The position numbers were made by a program, and so were the translations under genes. From assembly GCA_963675665.1 (NCBI GenBank), contig OY776510.1, forward strand, positions 3,392,001 through 3,456,000: a stretch of 64,000 nt of DNA. The letters are read 5' to 3'. The DNA comes from Spirochaetia bacterium (GTDB lineage Bacteria; Spirochaetota; Spirochaetia; UBA9216). Below are positions 22,668-34,350 of this stretch, piece by piece (within the stretch, counting starts at the first letter, position 1; every line of letters starts with the position of its first letter). Below the pieces are notes generated by a model that worked only from the letters and a program-made list of their open reading frames with translations, was not told the DNA's origin and searched no databases.

Positions 22668-23449
22668 AAAAGAAGGGATTTTGGGAAAGACTAATAAAGA
22701 AAGAAGATGAGGATGACGACACATTTCAACATTTGAATTCAATTGAAAAGGACATGATAAAAGGGGTTGTTGAACTGTCCGATACGACTGTGAAGGAAGT
22801 AATGGTTCCCAGAATCGATGTTGTTTTCGTTTCACTTGATACAAATGTTCAGGAAGCAGTGCAAACTCTTATTGAGTGCGGGCATTCCCGGGTTCCTGTA
22901 TACAATGAAACCATCGATAATGTTGCAGGCGTTTTATATGCAAAAGATCTTCTGAAACTGTTTTTAACCGAAGATAAAGAAAACCAGAAGGTTAAACTTG
23001 AAAATGTTATTCGAAAGCCGTTTTTTGTGCCTGAAAGTAAAAAGCTTGACTCGCTGCTTATAGAGTTTAAACGTAAAAAAGTCCATATTGCCGTAGCAGT
23101 AGATGAATACGGCGGAGTTTCGGGTATCGTATGTATGGAAGATATTATCGAGGAAATTGTAGGCGAAATTCAGGATGAATTTGATAATGAAGATGAAGAA
23201 ATTCTGAAAATAGGCGATGGTGTTTACCTGTGTGATGCAAGAGTGAATATCGAAGATCTTAATCAGGAAATAAATACCGAAATTCCGGCTGAAGAGTTTG
23301 ATACATTAGGCGGGTGGGTTTTTGATTTATTTGGAAAAATACCAGTTAAATTTGAAAAAGTATCTGCTGAAGATATGGATTTTATTATTCAGGAAGTTGA
23401 CGGGCATAAAATAAATAAAATTAAGATAATTAAAAAGGCTGCCCAGTGA
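22664..23449 (+). CDS. CBS-pair/CorC_HlyC protein (YbeX/CorC/TlyC-like)
   Basis: VKEVMVPR, GHSRVPVY, FVPESK, VDEYGG..GIVCMEDIIEEIVGEIQDEFD, FDTLGG. Confidence 0.9.
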   Translation: MKKKGFWERLIKKEDEDDDTFQHLNSIEKDMIKGVVELSDTTVKEVMVPRIDVVFVSLDTNVQEAVQTLIECGHSRVPVYNETIDNVAGVLYAKDLLKLFLTEDKENQKVKLENVIRKPFFVPESKKLDSLLIEFKRKKVHIAVAVDEYGGVSGIVCMEDIIEEIVGEIQDEFDNEDEEILKIGDGVYLCDARVNIEDLNQEINTEIPAEEFDTLGGWVFDLFGKIPVKFEKVSAEDMDFIIQEVDGHKINKIKIIKKAAQ

Positions 23450-25425
23450 GAAGAATTATCATAATTTTAATAATAATTACAATATTTAATATAAACATAT
23501 CAGCTGATGAGCATGACGCGGTTGATTATTATGCACTGGGAAAAAACGCGGAAACCGAAGGGGATTTTTTTAAAGCTGTAGAAATGTATAAGTCCGCACT
23601 AATCATGAACGAAAAATACTTCGATGCAGTTTGCGGACTTGCACATGCGTATTACGGACTTGATGAATTCGACGAATCTTTAAAATATGCTCTGGAAGCT
23701 GAAAAGCTCGACTCCGGGAATACGGACTTGATGAATCTTAAAGGCAGAATATTTTTGAATCTGGGAGAGTTTGAAACCGCAAGAGGGATTTTCAGTTCAG
23801 TATTACAGATTGAGGAAAACAATATCAATGCTGAATTCGGCCTGGCTGAACTTGATATTGCTTCCGGGCGCATTTCAACAGCTGAAAACAGGTTCAGACA
23901 AGTACTGCTTGTATCTCCGGAAAGCAGAAAGGCTCTTCTGGCTTTAGTTATGATTAACGACAATAATGGAAATATGCAGGCAGCGGAAGAGTATCTTAAA
24001 CAGGCGCTGCAGTATTATTCTGATAATGCATTTGTAAGATATACAGCTGCCGAACATTTTTTTAAATCCGGAAATACTGAAGAAGCACTGTATCACTTAA
24101 AAACAGCTTTGTTTTTGCAGCCTGATTTTCTTGATGCTTCAATATTGAGCGCAGAAATAAACATGGAAAAATCCAATTACAACGAATCAGTATTGGAAAT
24201 AGAAAAAGTTATCGGTAATTATGAAAACGAACCTCTGTTGTGGTATATACTCGGCCGTTCCTACGAGAATTTAAAAAACACTGATAAAGCAGTAATGAGT
24301 TATGCAAGAAATATAGTTATCAGACCTGATGACGATCTGACGCGTATAGCGCTTGAAAATGAAATAATTGAAAATACAGAGCTGGATAATCCACTGCGTG
24401 AAAGATACTCGGATTACCATATAGATCTTGGCAGAAAATACGAAGCAAGAAACATGCTTGAGAAAGCCCTGAATGAATACAGAAGATCACTGGTTATTAA
24501 TCCATATTCAATAGATGCAAGGCTGCTTTATGCTGATATTTTTAAACGAAAGGGTTATATCGAACGGTATCTGCTTATTTTATCAGCACTTGTTGAAGAG
24601 GGGTTTGGAAATCTGAATATTCTTGATGAAATAGAAATCCAGAAAAGTATGCAGGACAGTACAGTATCAGAAAAATGGAATATTAATCAGTTTTCAATAG
24701 AAAAAGAAAAAAATCACATTTCAATTTTCTTTTCAGACTATGGAATGAGCCATAATGAAGGAGAAGCCATAATCAGTAAATATGTGGAATACCTGCTTCT
24801 CGGATATGAGAATATATATGTTGATTCCAATCAAATAAATGACAATTTTGCTGAATGCTTCAGAATCTCCAGGGAAAATGAGTCGGATTATTTTATAATA
24901 TTCAAATGTACCGAGAATGAAAGAGCCGTATCCCTTACTGCCGAGATTTATCTTGCATCAACAGGAAGCAAACTGAAAACTGTACGGATTGTAAGAACCG
25001 GAAATCAGATGATCCCCGAAGCGGGAAGAGCTGTTGTAAATGAAGTACATAGCATGCTTCCGGTTTATGGAAGGATAATCAACAGGAAATTTGATCAGAT
25101 AATTGTAAATTTGGGAAAGAAAGACGGACTGGCTGAGGGTTCCGAATTACTGATAATAAAGAAGGGTGAACTGAGAAAGTCGCAAGACAGTTTTAATCTT
25201 GAATATGACAAAAGCGCAGTAATAGGAAAATACAATGTCGACCAGGCGGATGAACTTGTTTCGGAAGGCGGAATAACACTAAGTATATTTTTTGATATGA
25301 TAAATCCGGGAGACTTTGCCTTTATGCCGCCGGAAACGGATGACGCTGAAATAACGACTGAAGAAGAGACTGAACAAATGTTCTATATAGGAAACCTCTT
25401 TAATTCAGTTGCCAATATACCATAA
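23446..25425 (+). CDS. Exported TPR-repeat protein
   Basis: Signal peptide, about 10 TPR-like units, C-terminal beta domain (VNLGKKDG motif). Confidence 0.8.
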   Translation: MRRIIIILIIITIFNINISADEHDAVDYYALGKNAETEGDFFKAVEMYKSALIMNEKYFDAVCGLAHAYYGLDEFDESLKYALEAEKLDSGNTDLMNLKGRIFLNLGEFETARGIFSSVLQIEENNINAEFGLAELDIASGRISTAENRFRQVLLVSPESRKALLALVMINDNNGNMQAAEEYLKQALQYYSDNAFVRYTAAEHFFKSGNTEEALYHLKTALFLQPDFLDASILSAEINMEKSNYNESVLEIEKVIGNYENEPLLWYILGRSYENLKNTDKAVMSYARNIVIRPDDDLTRIALENEIIENTELDNPLRERYSDYHIDLGRKYEARNMLEKALNEYRRSLVINPYSIDARLLYADIFKRKGYIERYLLILSALVEEGFGNLNILDEIEIQKSMQDSTVSEKWNINQFSIEKEKNHISIFFSDYGMSHNEGEAIISKYVEYLLLGYENIYVDSNQINDNFAECFRISRENESDYFIIFKCTENERAVSLTAEIYLASTGSKLKTVRIVRTGNQMIPEAGRAVVNEVHSMLPVYGRIINRKFDQIIVNLGKKDGLAEGSELLIIKKGELRKSQDSFNLEYDKSAVIGKYNVDQADELVSEGGITLSIFFDMINPGDFAFMPPETDDAEITTEEETEQMFYIGNLFNSVANIP

Positions 25426-25518
25426 AATATTACTACATAATGAATTGAATGTATTACATCTGTTAAAAAGCACCGTGAGCGGCAAAAAATGGCTAATTTT
25501 ATAATTCAGACATAATAA

Positions 25519-26586
<1,068 letters not shown>

Positions 26587-26593
26587 TAACAGA

Positions 26594-26656
26594 GAGGAAT
26601 GATTTTATCATTCCTCAGATAAAATTTACGCAGAAAACGATTTTCTGAGTAAATTT
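26594..26656 (+). terminator. Two tandem stem-loops between gap and pgk
   Basis: GAGGAATGAT-TTT-ATCATTCCTC (26594-26616) and AAATTTACgCAGAAAA-CGA-TTTTCTGaGTAAATTT (26622-26656). Confidence 0.6.
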
Positions 26657-26669
26657 ATAGGAGTCATGC

Positions 26670-27851
26670 ATGGGTCTTAAAACTGTAAAAGATATCGACC
26701 TGAAAAACAAACGCGTTCTTATCAGAGTGGATTTTAATGTTCCTCTGAAAGACGGAAAAATTACTGATGATACAAGAATACAGGCGGCGCTTCCGACTAT
26801 CAAGTATATTCTTGAGCAGGAAGGTGCAAGTCTGATTGTTATGAGCCATTGCGGAAGACCGAAGGGTGAAAAGAATCCCGAGTTCAGTCTGAAACCGGCC
26901 GCCAACAGGCTTGCCGAATTGATAGACAGCGAAGTAATAATGGCTTCGGATGTTATTGGTCCGGATGTTGAAAAAGAATCTGCAGATCTTAAACCCGGAC
27001 AGGTACTTGTTCTGGAAAATACCCGGTTTTACAACGAAGAAACAGAAAACGACATGGGTTTTGCCGAGAAAATCGCAAAGCTTGGTGATGTATTTATAAA
27101 CGACGCATTCGGTACTGCACACAGGGCTCACGCTTCAACTGAAGGAGTTAGTCATTTTCTGCCGTCTGCAGCAGGTTTTCTTATTGAAAAGGAATGCCTT
27201 TTTTTTGACGGTATTCTTGATAATCCCAAAAAGCCGTTTGTCGCAATAATCGGCGGAGCCAAGGTCTCTTCAAAAATCGGTGTTTTGGAATCGCTTCTTG
27301 AACGGGCCGATACTTTGATAATCGGCGGCGGCATGGCATACACTTTTTTGTTTGCTCAGGGCCACAGTATAGGGAAATCATTATTTGAAGAAGATTATCT
27401 CGATACTGCAAAAAATCTGCTTTCGAAAGCCGCCATGAAAGGTGTTGAAATTATTCTGCCGGAAGATCATATAGCTGCAAAAGAATTTAACGAAAATGCG
27501 GAAGCTGTAAAAATCGACGGACTTGATATACCTGATGACATGTTAGGCATGGATATAGGCGAAAAAACTCTTGATAAAGTCAAAGATAGAATTCTTTCTG
27601 CAGCATCCGTTATCTGGAACGGCCCGATGGGAGTATTTGAATTTGAGGCCTTCTCGGCCGGTACGCTCAAGGTCGCTGAGTGGGTAGCTGAATGCAAAGG
27701 TGTTACGGTTGTAGGCGGAGGAGACTCTGTTGCAGCTGTAAATAAATTCGGTTTGGCAGACAGAATTGATCATGTTTCAACCGGTGGCGGAGCCTCGCTG
27801 GAGTTCCTTGAAGGCAAGGTTCTTCCCGGAATTGAAGCTTTAAGAAATTAA
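26670..27851 (+). CDS. pgk: Phosphoglycerate kinase
   Basis: [49 protein letters not shown]. Confidence 0.98.
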   Translation: MGLKTVKDIDLKNKRVLIRVDFNVPLKDGKITDDTRIQAALPTIKYILEQEGASLIVMSHCGRPKGEKNPEFSLKPAANRLAELIDSEVIMASDVIGPDVEKESADLKPGQVLVLENTRFYNEETENDMGFAEKIAKLGDVFINDAFGTAHRAHASTEGVSHFLPSAAGFLIEKECLFFDGILDNPKKPFVAIIGGAKVSSKIGVLESLLERADTLIIGGGMAYTFLFAQGHSIGKSLFEEDYLDTAKNLLSKAAMKGVEIILPEDHIAAKEFNENAEAVKIDGLDIPDDMLGMDIGEKTLDKVKDRILSAASVIWNGPMGVFEFEAFSAGTLKVAEWVAECKGVTVVGGGDSVAAVNKFGLADRIDHVSTGGGASLEFLEGKVLPGIEALRN

Positions 27852-27865
27852 GATAAGGATAAATT

Positions 27866-28618
27866 ATGAGACAATCATTTATAGCCGGAAACTGGAAAAT
27901 GCATAAGACGCCTGCTGAGGCATGTGCGCTTGCTGAAGAACTGATAGCGGGTCTTGCAGGGTGCAGGCACAAGCTGCTGATAGCTCCCAGTTTTACTGCA
28001 CTTGAATCAGTTGCAAAAGTAGTTAAAGGAAGTAATATTCTTTTAGGCGCGCAGAATATGGCGACAGAAGAACAGGGCGCACATACCGGAGAGACATCAG
28101 TACTGATGCTGAAGGCAATCGGTGTTGACGTAGTTATTCTCGGGCATTCCGAAAGACGCCATGTCTACGGTGAAACCGATGAAATGATAAACAAGAAAGT
28201 AATGCTTGCTCTTGCAAACGGTCTCGAGGTTATTCTGTGTGTAGGCGAAACTCTTGAAGAGAGAGAAGCCGGAAAGGCGGAAGAAGTTGTAAAAACACAG
28301 ACAGAAGCGGGACTTGCGGGTGTAAGCGAAGCTGAACTTGCAAAAGTTACAATAGCTTACGAGCCGGTCTGGGCTATCGGCACAGGTAAAACAGCAACTC
28401 CCGATGATGCTGATTCAATTCACAAGGTTACGCGTGATACCGTAAAATCACTTTATTCGGCAGACGCTGCTGAGAAAATGGTTATTCAGTACGGCGGATC
28501 AGTAAAACCCGACAATGCCGCAGAGTTGATGGGTATGGAAAATATTGACGGAGCGCTTGTCGGCGGAGCATCTTTAAAAGCAGATTTGTTTTTACCTATA
28601 GCCTTATACGATAAATAA
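27866..28618 (+). CDS. tpiA: Triosephosphate isomerase
   Basis: AGNWKM, GHSERR, AYEPVWAIGTG, YGGSV, VGGASL. Confidence 0.98.
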   Translation: MRQSFIAGNWKMHKTPAEACALAEELIAGLAGCRHKLLIAPSFTALESVAKVVKGSNILLGAQNMATEEQGAHTGETSVLMLKAIGVDVVILGHSERRHVYGETDEMINKKVMLALANGLEVILCVGETLEEREAGKAEEVVKTQTEAGLAGVSEAELAKVTIAYEPVWAIGTGKTATPDDADSIHKVTRDTVKSLYSADAAEKMVIQYGGSVKPDNAAELMGMENIDGALVGGASLKADLFLPIALYDK

Positions 28619-28630
28619 GTGTATACTGGG

Positions 28631-28656
28631 TTCCATCTGTATAATTGCAGATGGAA
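28631..28656 (+). terminator. Stem-loop between tpiA and secG
   Basis: TTCCATCTGTA-TAAT-TGCAGATGGAA inverted repeat. Confidence 0.5.
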
Positions 28657-28680
28657 TCAATAATTTTACTGGAGTTTTAA

Positions 28681-28998
28681 ATGGGTGCAGTTGGAGTTGC
28701 GTTGCTGGTGCTTTTTTGTATAAGCGCTGTTCTACTTATTATTATAGTTATGCTGCAGGATGAGCAGGGCGAAGGCCTCGGAGGTATATTCGGCGGAGGC
28801 AGTTCGTCAGCTTTCGGAAGCCGCAGCGGAAATATTCTTACAAAATTTACATCAATACTCGGAGCAATTTTTATTATAACAGCCTTTTCCATGGCATGGT
28901 ATAACAGAACTATCGATGACAGTGATCTTTTGAAAGCTGCAAAAGAGAATACCGAAGTGCAGGAAACCGGTGAGTGGTGGGACGTTCCTGAAAACTAA
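28681..28998 (+). CDS. secG: Preprotein translocase subunit SecG
   Basis: TM-LQ...GLGGIFGGGSSSAFGS...LTKFT-TM; canonical position after tpiA. Confidence 0.92.
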   Translation: MGAVGVALLVLFCISAVLLIIIVMLQDEQGEGLGGIFGGGSSSAFGSRSGNILTKFTSILGAIFIITAFSMAWYNRTIDDSDLLKAAKENTEVQETGEWWDVPEN

Positions 28999-29007
28999 TC
29001 AGCGGGC

Positions 29008-30096
29008 ATGGTAGTGAATTTTAAAAAAAATAATTTATTATTAATAATTTTTCTTTGTTTTGGTTCTGTTTTATTCGGACAGTCTATTTCAATAGCGAAA
29101 CCTGCCGCATCAATAAATCTTGTTAAACCGGAACTGGTTTCCGTTCAGCAGCTTAATGCGCAGATTGAAGCTATAACAGCATTGAGAATGCGGGCAGGTC
29201 AGACCGCCGGTATAAGTACAAAAGCGGAAAAGCTGGAAGTCCTCGATATGATGATATCGGACATCCTGATTATGCAGGGTGCTGAAAGAGACGGTATAAA
29301 AGCTGAAAAATCAGAGGTGGATACTGCTGTTGCAAATCAGAAGTCACAATATGAACAGCAGAAGCGAAGAGCCTATTCAGATACTGAATTCAGAAATGAA
29401 GTTCTAAGAGAAACGGGATACAGCTGGGATAAATATGTAGACCAGCTTGAAAAGCAAATCGTTCAGCAAAAATATATTGTCGCAAAAAAGCAGGCGGATA
29501 TTCAAAAAATGATGAAAATGCCTGATAATAACGATATTGCAAAATTCTATCGTGAAAACAAAACAAAATTTTCAAATCCTGACATGGTCCGTTACAGCCA
29601 GATATTTATCAGTTCAATCAATATGGATTCAAATAAAAAGAAAGAAGCGGAACAGCGTGCTGAAGAAGCATATAGAAAATATCAGAACGGATCTGCGACT
29701 TTTGAGCAGCTTGTTAATGATTATACTGAAGATCAGAATGCAAAATACAGAAACGGTGATTCAGGTTATATAGCGTATAATGATTCTTCCGCATTGGGAT
29801 ATCTTGGAAAGACATTTATGGATGCTCTTTTTTCTACTGAAACAGGAGAAGTAAGCGGAGTTATAAAATCAAACATAGGTTATCATATAATAAAAATAAC
29901 TGATTATCGTGAAGCAAGGTTATTGACCCTTGACGATAATATTCTTCCAACCATTAATCAGTCAGTCAGGGAATATATAGCGCAGCAGCTTATTGTGCAG
30001 GCACAGAACACAGCATTGTCGCAAGCGTTGAAAGATCTTGTGGAAGACTTAAAGAAAGACGCCGATATAAGGATTTTCGAGGGAAATATCGACTGA
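29008..30096 (+). CDS. SurA/PrsA-like parvulin peptidyl-prolyl isomerase
   Basis: Signal peptide, helical SurA-N region, parvulin motifs FEQLVNDYTED..GDSGY, GEVSGVIKSNIGYHIIK. Confidence 0.85.
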   Translation: MVVNFKKNNLLLIIFLCFGSVLFGQSISIAKPAASINLVKPELVSVQQLNAQIEAITALRMRAGQTAGISTKAEKLEVLDMMISDILIMQGAERDGIKAEKSEVDTAVANQKSQYEQQKRRAYSDTEFRNEVLRETGYSWDKYVDQLEKQIVQQKYIVAKKQADIQKMMKMPDNNDIAKFYRENKTKFSNPDMVRYSQIFISSINMDSNKKKEAEQRAEEAYRKYQNGSATFEQLVNDYTEDQNAKYRNGDSGYIAYNDSSALGYLGKTFMDALFSTETGEVSGVIKSNIGYHIIKITDYREARLLTLDDNILPTINQSVREYIAQQLIVQAQNTALSQALKDLVEDLKKDADIRIFEGNID

Positions 30097-30509
30097 TGGG
30101 CATCAGGAGAAAAGGCAGAGTTATTGCATTCCAGACTGTTTTCAGCTGGGATGCAAACAAAAGCAGTCTGGAAGAACTTCTAAAATTCCAATGGCTTGAT
30201 TCAGATGATTATAAAAAAAGCCAGAACGCACTTGATTTTGCGAGGTTGCTTGCCGCAGGAACAGTAGAAAATATCGATATTGTAGACAGTACCATAAATG
30301 AAAATCTTGTAAACTGGAAATTCAGCCGGCTGTCGCGTGTAGATTTGGCGATACTCAGGATAAGTGTATACAGTTTATTGTTTCGTGATGAGATTCCCAG
30401 AAAAGTTACTATCGATGAAGCTGTTGATATCGCAAAAAGTTATGGAAGCGACGAGTCTTATAAATTTGTAAACGGGGTATTGGACAGCATAAAAAAAGGG
30501 AATGATTGA
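30096..30509 (+). CDS. nusB: Transcription antitermination factor NusB
   Basis: RRKGR..AFQ, WKFSRLSRVDLAILR, IDEAVDIAKSY, FVNGVLD. Confidence 0.95.
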   Translation: MGIRRKGRVIAFQTVFSWDANKSSLEELLKFQWLDSDDYKKSQNALDFARLLAAGTVENIDIVDSTINENLVNWKFSRLSRVDLAILRISVYSLLFRDEIPRKVTIDEAVDIAKSYGSDESYKFVNGVLDSIKKGND

Positions 30510-32127
30510 TTTTATAAAAAAAAATAAAATTATAATTTCTATTGCAATCGTTCTGATTATCTCAGGTGTATTTTTTATTTTATTTAATAGTAAAAACAAG
30601 AAAGAAGTTTTTTTTAAAGAAATTAATGCCATTGATAAAAATATAGATTCCGGATTTTATCGAAATGCTTCCGAACAGCTTGATGAATTATATCATGAAA
30701 TTAATAACAGTAAAGATGCAATTATATTTTTAAAACGGGCGTATAAATTAGCATCGGAAGAAAATAACTACAGGAATTTATCAATTTATGCTGAAAAATT
30801 GAGTATAAGATTTAAAAATAATATTGAAATAATTGCAGTAAACACTTTTGCCAAACAGAAAACAGGAAATTACGGAAAAGCATTGGAGATATCCGAAAAA
30901 AAAACTTCCAGGTCTGATTACAGCAGTCTGTATTACCTGAGTGTACTCAAGACAGGGTTAGTAATAGATGATAAAAGTATTATAAAAAGTATACCTGAAG
31001 AGTTTTTATTTTTATTTGAAAATACAATGATTACACCGGATATTCTGCTGAAATCCGCCGGTCTGAATTATGATGAGAGATATTATCTTGATGCATCACT
31101 TCTTTATTTAACAGAAGGATTACGGGAAGAAGCCTGGAATTGTATTAATAAAATAAAACAGGACTCATATAATGAATTTAAAATGTATTTGGCTTACGAT
31201 AATGAAGATTTTACAGGTGCTGAAAAGTATTTCAGGCAGATGAATGATCTTGAGAGAAACGATTATTATAATATGCTTACCGGATGCGACATTCTGCTGA
31301 GAAACGGAAAATCTGTTGAGGCTTCCGAATATTATAAAAAAATGATCAGCGAAAACTCGTTCGAATCAAGTATTCCTTTTCGTAATCTTTATTCAATGGA
31401 ACGCAGTAATGGTACCGGTTATAAATGGCTTGCAGAAGGATTAAAAATATTTCCGGAAAATGAAGAATTAATTCTTGCCTTTTCATGGGAGATTTTTATA
31501 TCAAATGATATGGAAAGACTTTCTGCACTGCCTTATTTTACCGGTGAAAACAATAATGAATTAATAAAATTGTTTGAAGTCAGTTTACTTCATGGAAATA
31601 GAAGTCCTGAATATCTAATCGGGAGTTACTGGAATCTTTTTAACATGAAACCGCAATCTGAAAGTATAGCCGTGGCATTTGCAAATTTTCTGATAAAAAA
31701 TCGACAATATAACCAGTTGCGACTGCTTGTCGAAAAATATAATAAAACAAACGGTATTTCAGCCTGGACTGAAGAATATTCGGCAATTTTAAATGCTCTG
31801 GAAGGAAATATTGAGGAAGCAATTCTTTATTCAGAATCTGCATTGTCAATAAAAGAAAATACAAGGAATTTATTTAACCACGCAGTAATTAATGAGCTTA
31901 ACGGAAATTATAAAAAGGCAATTGAAACACTCGAACGGGTTCTGCTTGAAGAAGAGTCGATTCAAACAGATAAAGATGTTATAGGAAAAACTTGTTACAA
32001 ATTAGCAGAAATACACTATAATCTTAATGAAAAGGATATTGCCTATAATTATCTTAAAAAGTCTCTTGATAACGATTATGATAAGTTAAAGTGCAGTTTA
32101 TTACTTAGAAGAATACAGGACAAATAG
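30502..32127 (+). CDS. Membrane-anchored TPR-like protein
   Basis: N-terminal TM helix; helical repeats with TPR-like pattern near the C-terminus. Confidence 0.7.
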   Translation: MIDFIKKNKIIISIAIVLIISGVFFILFNSKNKKEVFFKEINAIDKNIDSGFYRNASEQLDELYHEINNSKDAIIFLKRAYKLASEENNYRNLSIYAEKLSIRFKNNIEIIAVNTFAKQKTGNYGKALEISEKKTSRSDYSSLYYLSVLKTGLVIDDKSIIKSIPEEFLFLFENTMITPDILLKSAGLNYDERYYLDASLLYLTEGLREEAWNCINKIKQDSYNEFKMYLAYDNEDFTGAEKYFRQMNDLERNDYYNMLTGCDILLRNGKSVEASEYYKKMISENSFESSIPFRNLYSMERSNGTGYKWLAEGLKIFPENEELILAFSWEIFISNDMERLSALPYFTGENNNELIKLFEVSLLHGNRSPEYLIGSYWNLFNMKPQSESIAVAFANFLIKNRQYNQLRLLVEKYNKTNGISAWTEEYSAILNALEGNIEEAILYSESALSIKENTRNLFNHAVINELNGNYKKAIETLERVLLEEESIQTDKDVIGKTCYKLAEIHYNLNEKDIAYNYLKKSLDNDYDKLKCSLLLRRIQDK

Positions 32128-32128
32128 A

Positions 32129-32878
32129 ATGATTAAACTTAAAAATGAAGACGAAATAAACAGAATAAGAGAATCTTGTAAAATGCTCGCTGATGTATAT
32201 GATAATCTGGTTGGTAATATAGCTGAGGGTATAACTACCAATGAAATCAACAAGTTAAGTTATGATCTCATTGTTAAACGCGGAGGTAAACCTGCGTTTC
32301 TTAATTATAACGGTTATCCTGCAACAATATGCATTAGTATAAATGAAGAAGTAATTCACGGCATACCTTCCGAACGGAAATTAAAAGACGGAGATATCGT
32401 CAGCCTGGACCTCGGAATCAACCTGAAGGGTTACTTCAGTGATGCAGCAAGGACGCTCTCAATTGGCAGAATTCCCGAAAAGACGGCAAAACTTCTTGAG
32501 GTAACGCAAAATGCACTTAATGCCGGTATTGACGCATGCAGATACGGCGGCCGGATAAAGGACATTTCATCTGCTGTTTATAAAATTGCAAAAAAGTATA
32601 ATTACGGTGTTGTCAGGGAATTCTGCGGACACGGAGTAGGTTTTGAAGTACACGAAGCTCCTCAAATTCCGAATTATGTTCATCCCGGGCCAAATCCAAG
32701 AATAAAAAAGGGTATGGTTCTGGCCATAGAGCCCATGATAAACCTTGGAACTGAAAAGGTAAATATTCTTGATGATGACTGGACAGTGGTTACTGCAGAC
32801 GGAAAACCTTCCGCTCATTTTGAACATACAGTAGCTGTTTTTGAAGATCGCACTGAAATACTTACTGTTGCAGATTAA
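32129..32878 (+). CDS. map: Methionine aminopeptidase type I
   Basis: CISINEEVIHGIP, DGDIVSLD, FSDAART, GHGVG..HE, AIEPMIN, SAHFEHT. Confidence 0.97.
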   Translation: MIKLKNEDEINRIRESCKMLADVYDNLVGNIAEGITTNEINKLSYDLIVKRGGKPAFLNYNGYPATICISINEEVIHGIPSERKLKDGDIVSLDLGINLKGYFSDAARTLSIGRIPEKTAKLLEVTQNALNAGIDACRYGGRIKDISSAVYKIAKKYNYGVVREFCGHGVGFEVHEAPQIPNYVHPGPNPRIKKGMVLAIEPMINLGTEKVNILDDDWTVVTADGKPSAHFEHTVAVFEDRTEILTVAD

Positions 32879-32893
32879 AATACCGGAGGAAAC

Positions 32894-34339
32894 ATGATTT
32901 TTAAGACAGCTGACAAAAAATATTTTAAATTAAATATTCTATTGTTCGGAATAATTATTGGTATGGCGGTTTCGTTACTGATATCCGGAAAAGATATTAT
33001 AAAGCCGGTTGAAGCCGGTCAAACTGATTTAAAGGATATGCAGTATACATTCAGAGCAGTAGCAGAAGATGTTCTTCCGGTTGTTGTTGAGATACGTGTT
33101 GTTGATGTAAAAATACAGGAAATGCCGGAAGGCTACAGCTGGCCCTTTAACTATATTGAACCGGACAACGAAACTGACTCTCCGTCTGAAAAACAGGAAT
33201 ATGAAACGGAAGGACTTGGAAGCGGCGTAATTGTTAAAAGAAACGGCTCAACATATTATGTGCTGACTAATAATCATGTTATTGAAGACGCAGACAGAAT
33301 ATCTGTTAGGCTTCACGATAAATCCGAAATAAACGCAAAAATAACGGGTGTTGATGAAAGAAAGGACCTTGCTCTCGTCTCATTCGAATCAGACATGGAT
33401 CTTGATATTGCAGTTCTCGGGAATTCCGATGAGCTTTTTGTCGGCGACTGGGTGCTTGCCGTAGGAAGTCCTCTTGGATATGATTCCACTGTAACGGCAG
33501 GCATCGTAAGTGCAATAGGGCGCAACGGACCTGAAAACAATATAAGTGATTTTATACAGACCGACGCTTCAATTAATCACGGGAATTCCGGAGGGGCTCT
33601 TGTTAACCTTGACGGCGAAGTTGTCGGCATAAATACCTGGCTGGCAACAACTACAGGAGTAAATATAGGTCTCGGGTTTTCCATTCCTGTTAACAATGTA
33701 AAGAACGCAGTTGATGATTTTATAAAATCTGGTTCTGTCCGTTATGGTTGGCTTGGTGTTACAATTGCAAATGCGGATAAATTAACAGCAGAACAGCTTG
33801 AAATCAGCGGCAGGAAAGGTGCCCTGATTTATAATCTCTATGAGGATAGTCCGGCAGGTAAGGCAGGTATTCTTCCGGGAGATTTTATAACGGAAGTCGA
33901 CGGGGTAATGATAAATGACTATAAGCACTTTACAAGACTGGTAGGCGATATAAAAGCAGGTGATAAGATTATACTGAAACTCGTCAGGAATAAAAAAGAA
34001 ATCACCAAAACCGCGGAAATTGAATTAAGAAAGGAAAAAGACGAGATAATAGGACTTTACGAAAAAATATGGCCCGGAATAACTGCAATACCGCTTGATG
34101 ATGAAATAAAGACAGATTTCGGACTTTCCGGCAATGTCGGCGGTGTAATGATAAATGTAGATACGGCTACAAGAGCTTTTAACAGCGGTTTAAAGAATTT
34201 TGATATAATAACTGAAATAAACGGTGTTGATATTAATAATATGTTGGATTTTTTCAACACAATTAACGATAAAAAAGATAACTACAAGATTAAAGTTATA
34301 AGAAATAATCTTGAATTATATATAGATCTTGAAAGATAA
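32894..34339 (+). CDS. HtrA/DegP-family serine protease with two PDZ domains
   Basis: GSGVI, LTNNHVI (His), DLAL (Asp), QTDASINHGNSGG (Ser), PDZ domains. Confidence 0.93.
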   Translation: MIFKTADKKYFKLNILLFGIIIGMAVSLLISGKDIIKPVEAGQTDLKDMQYTFRAVAEDVLPVVVEIRVVDVKIQEMPEGYSWPFNYIEPDNETDSPSEKQEYETEGLGSGVIVKRNGSTYYVLTNNHVIEDADRISVRLHDKSEINAKITGVDERKDLALVSFESDMDLDIAVLGNSDELFVGDWVLAVGSPLGYDSTVTAGIVSAIGRNGPENNISDFIQTDASINHGNSGGALVNLDGEVVGINTWLATTTGVNIGLGFSIPVNNVKNAVDDFIKSGSVRYGWLGVTIANADKLTAEQLEISGRKGALIYNLYEDSPAGKAGILPGDFITEVDGVMINDYKHFTRLVGDIKAGDKIILKLVRNKKEITKTAEIELRKEKDEIIGLYEKIWPGITAIPLDDEIKTDFGLSGNVGGVMINVDTATRAFNSGLKNFDIITEINGVDINNMLDFFNTINDKKDNYKIKVIRNNLELYIDLER

Positions 34340-34350
34340 CAGAGGTTCTT

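Noticed and set aside
22664-23449. Haemolysin/virulence interpretation of the TlyC-like gene
   Set aside because: CBS-CorC protein in the ordinary phoH-ybeY-ybeX context; most likely Mg2+/ribosome homeostasis.
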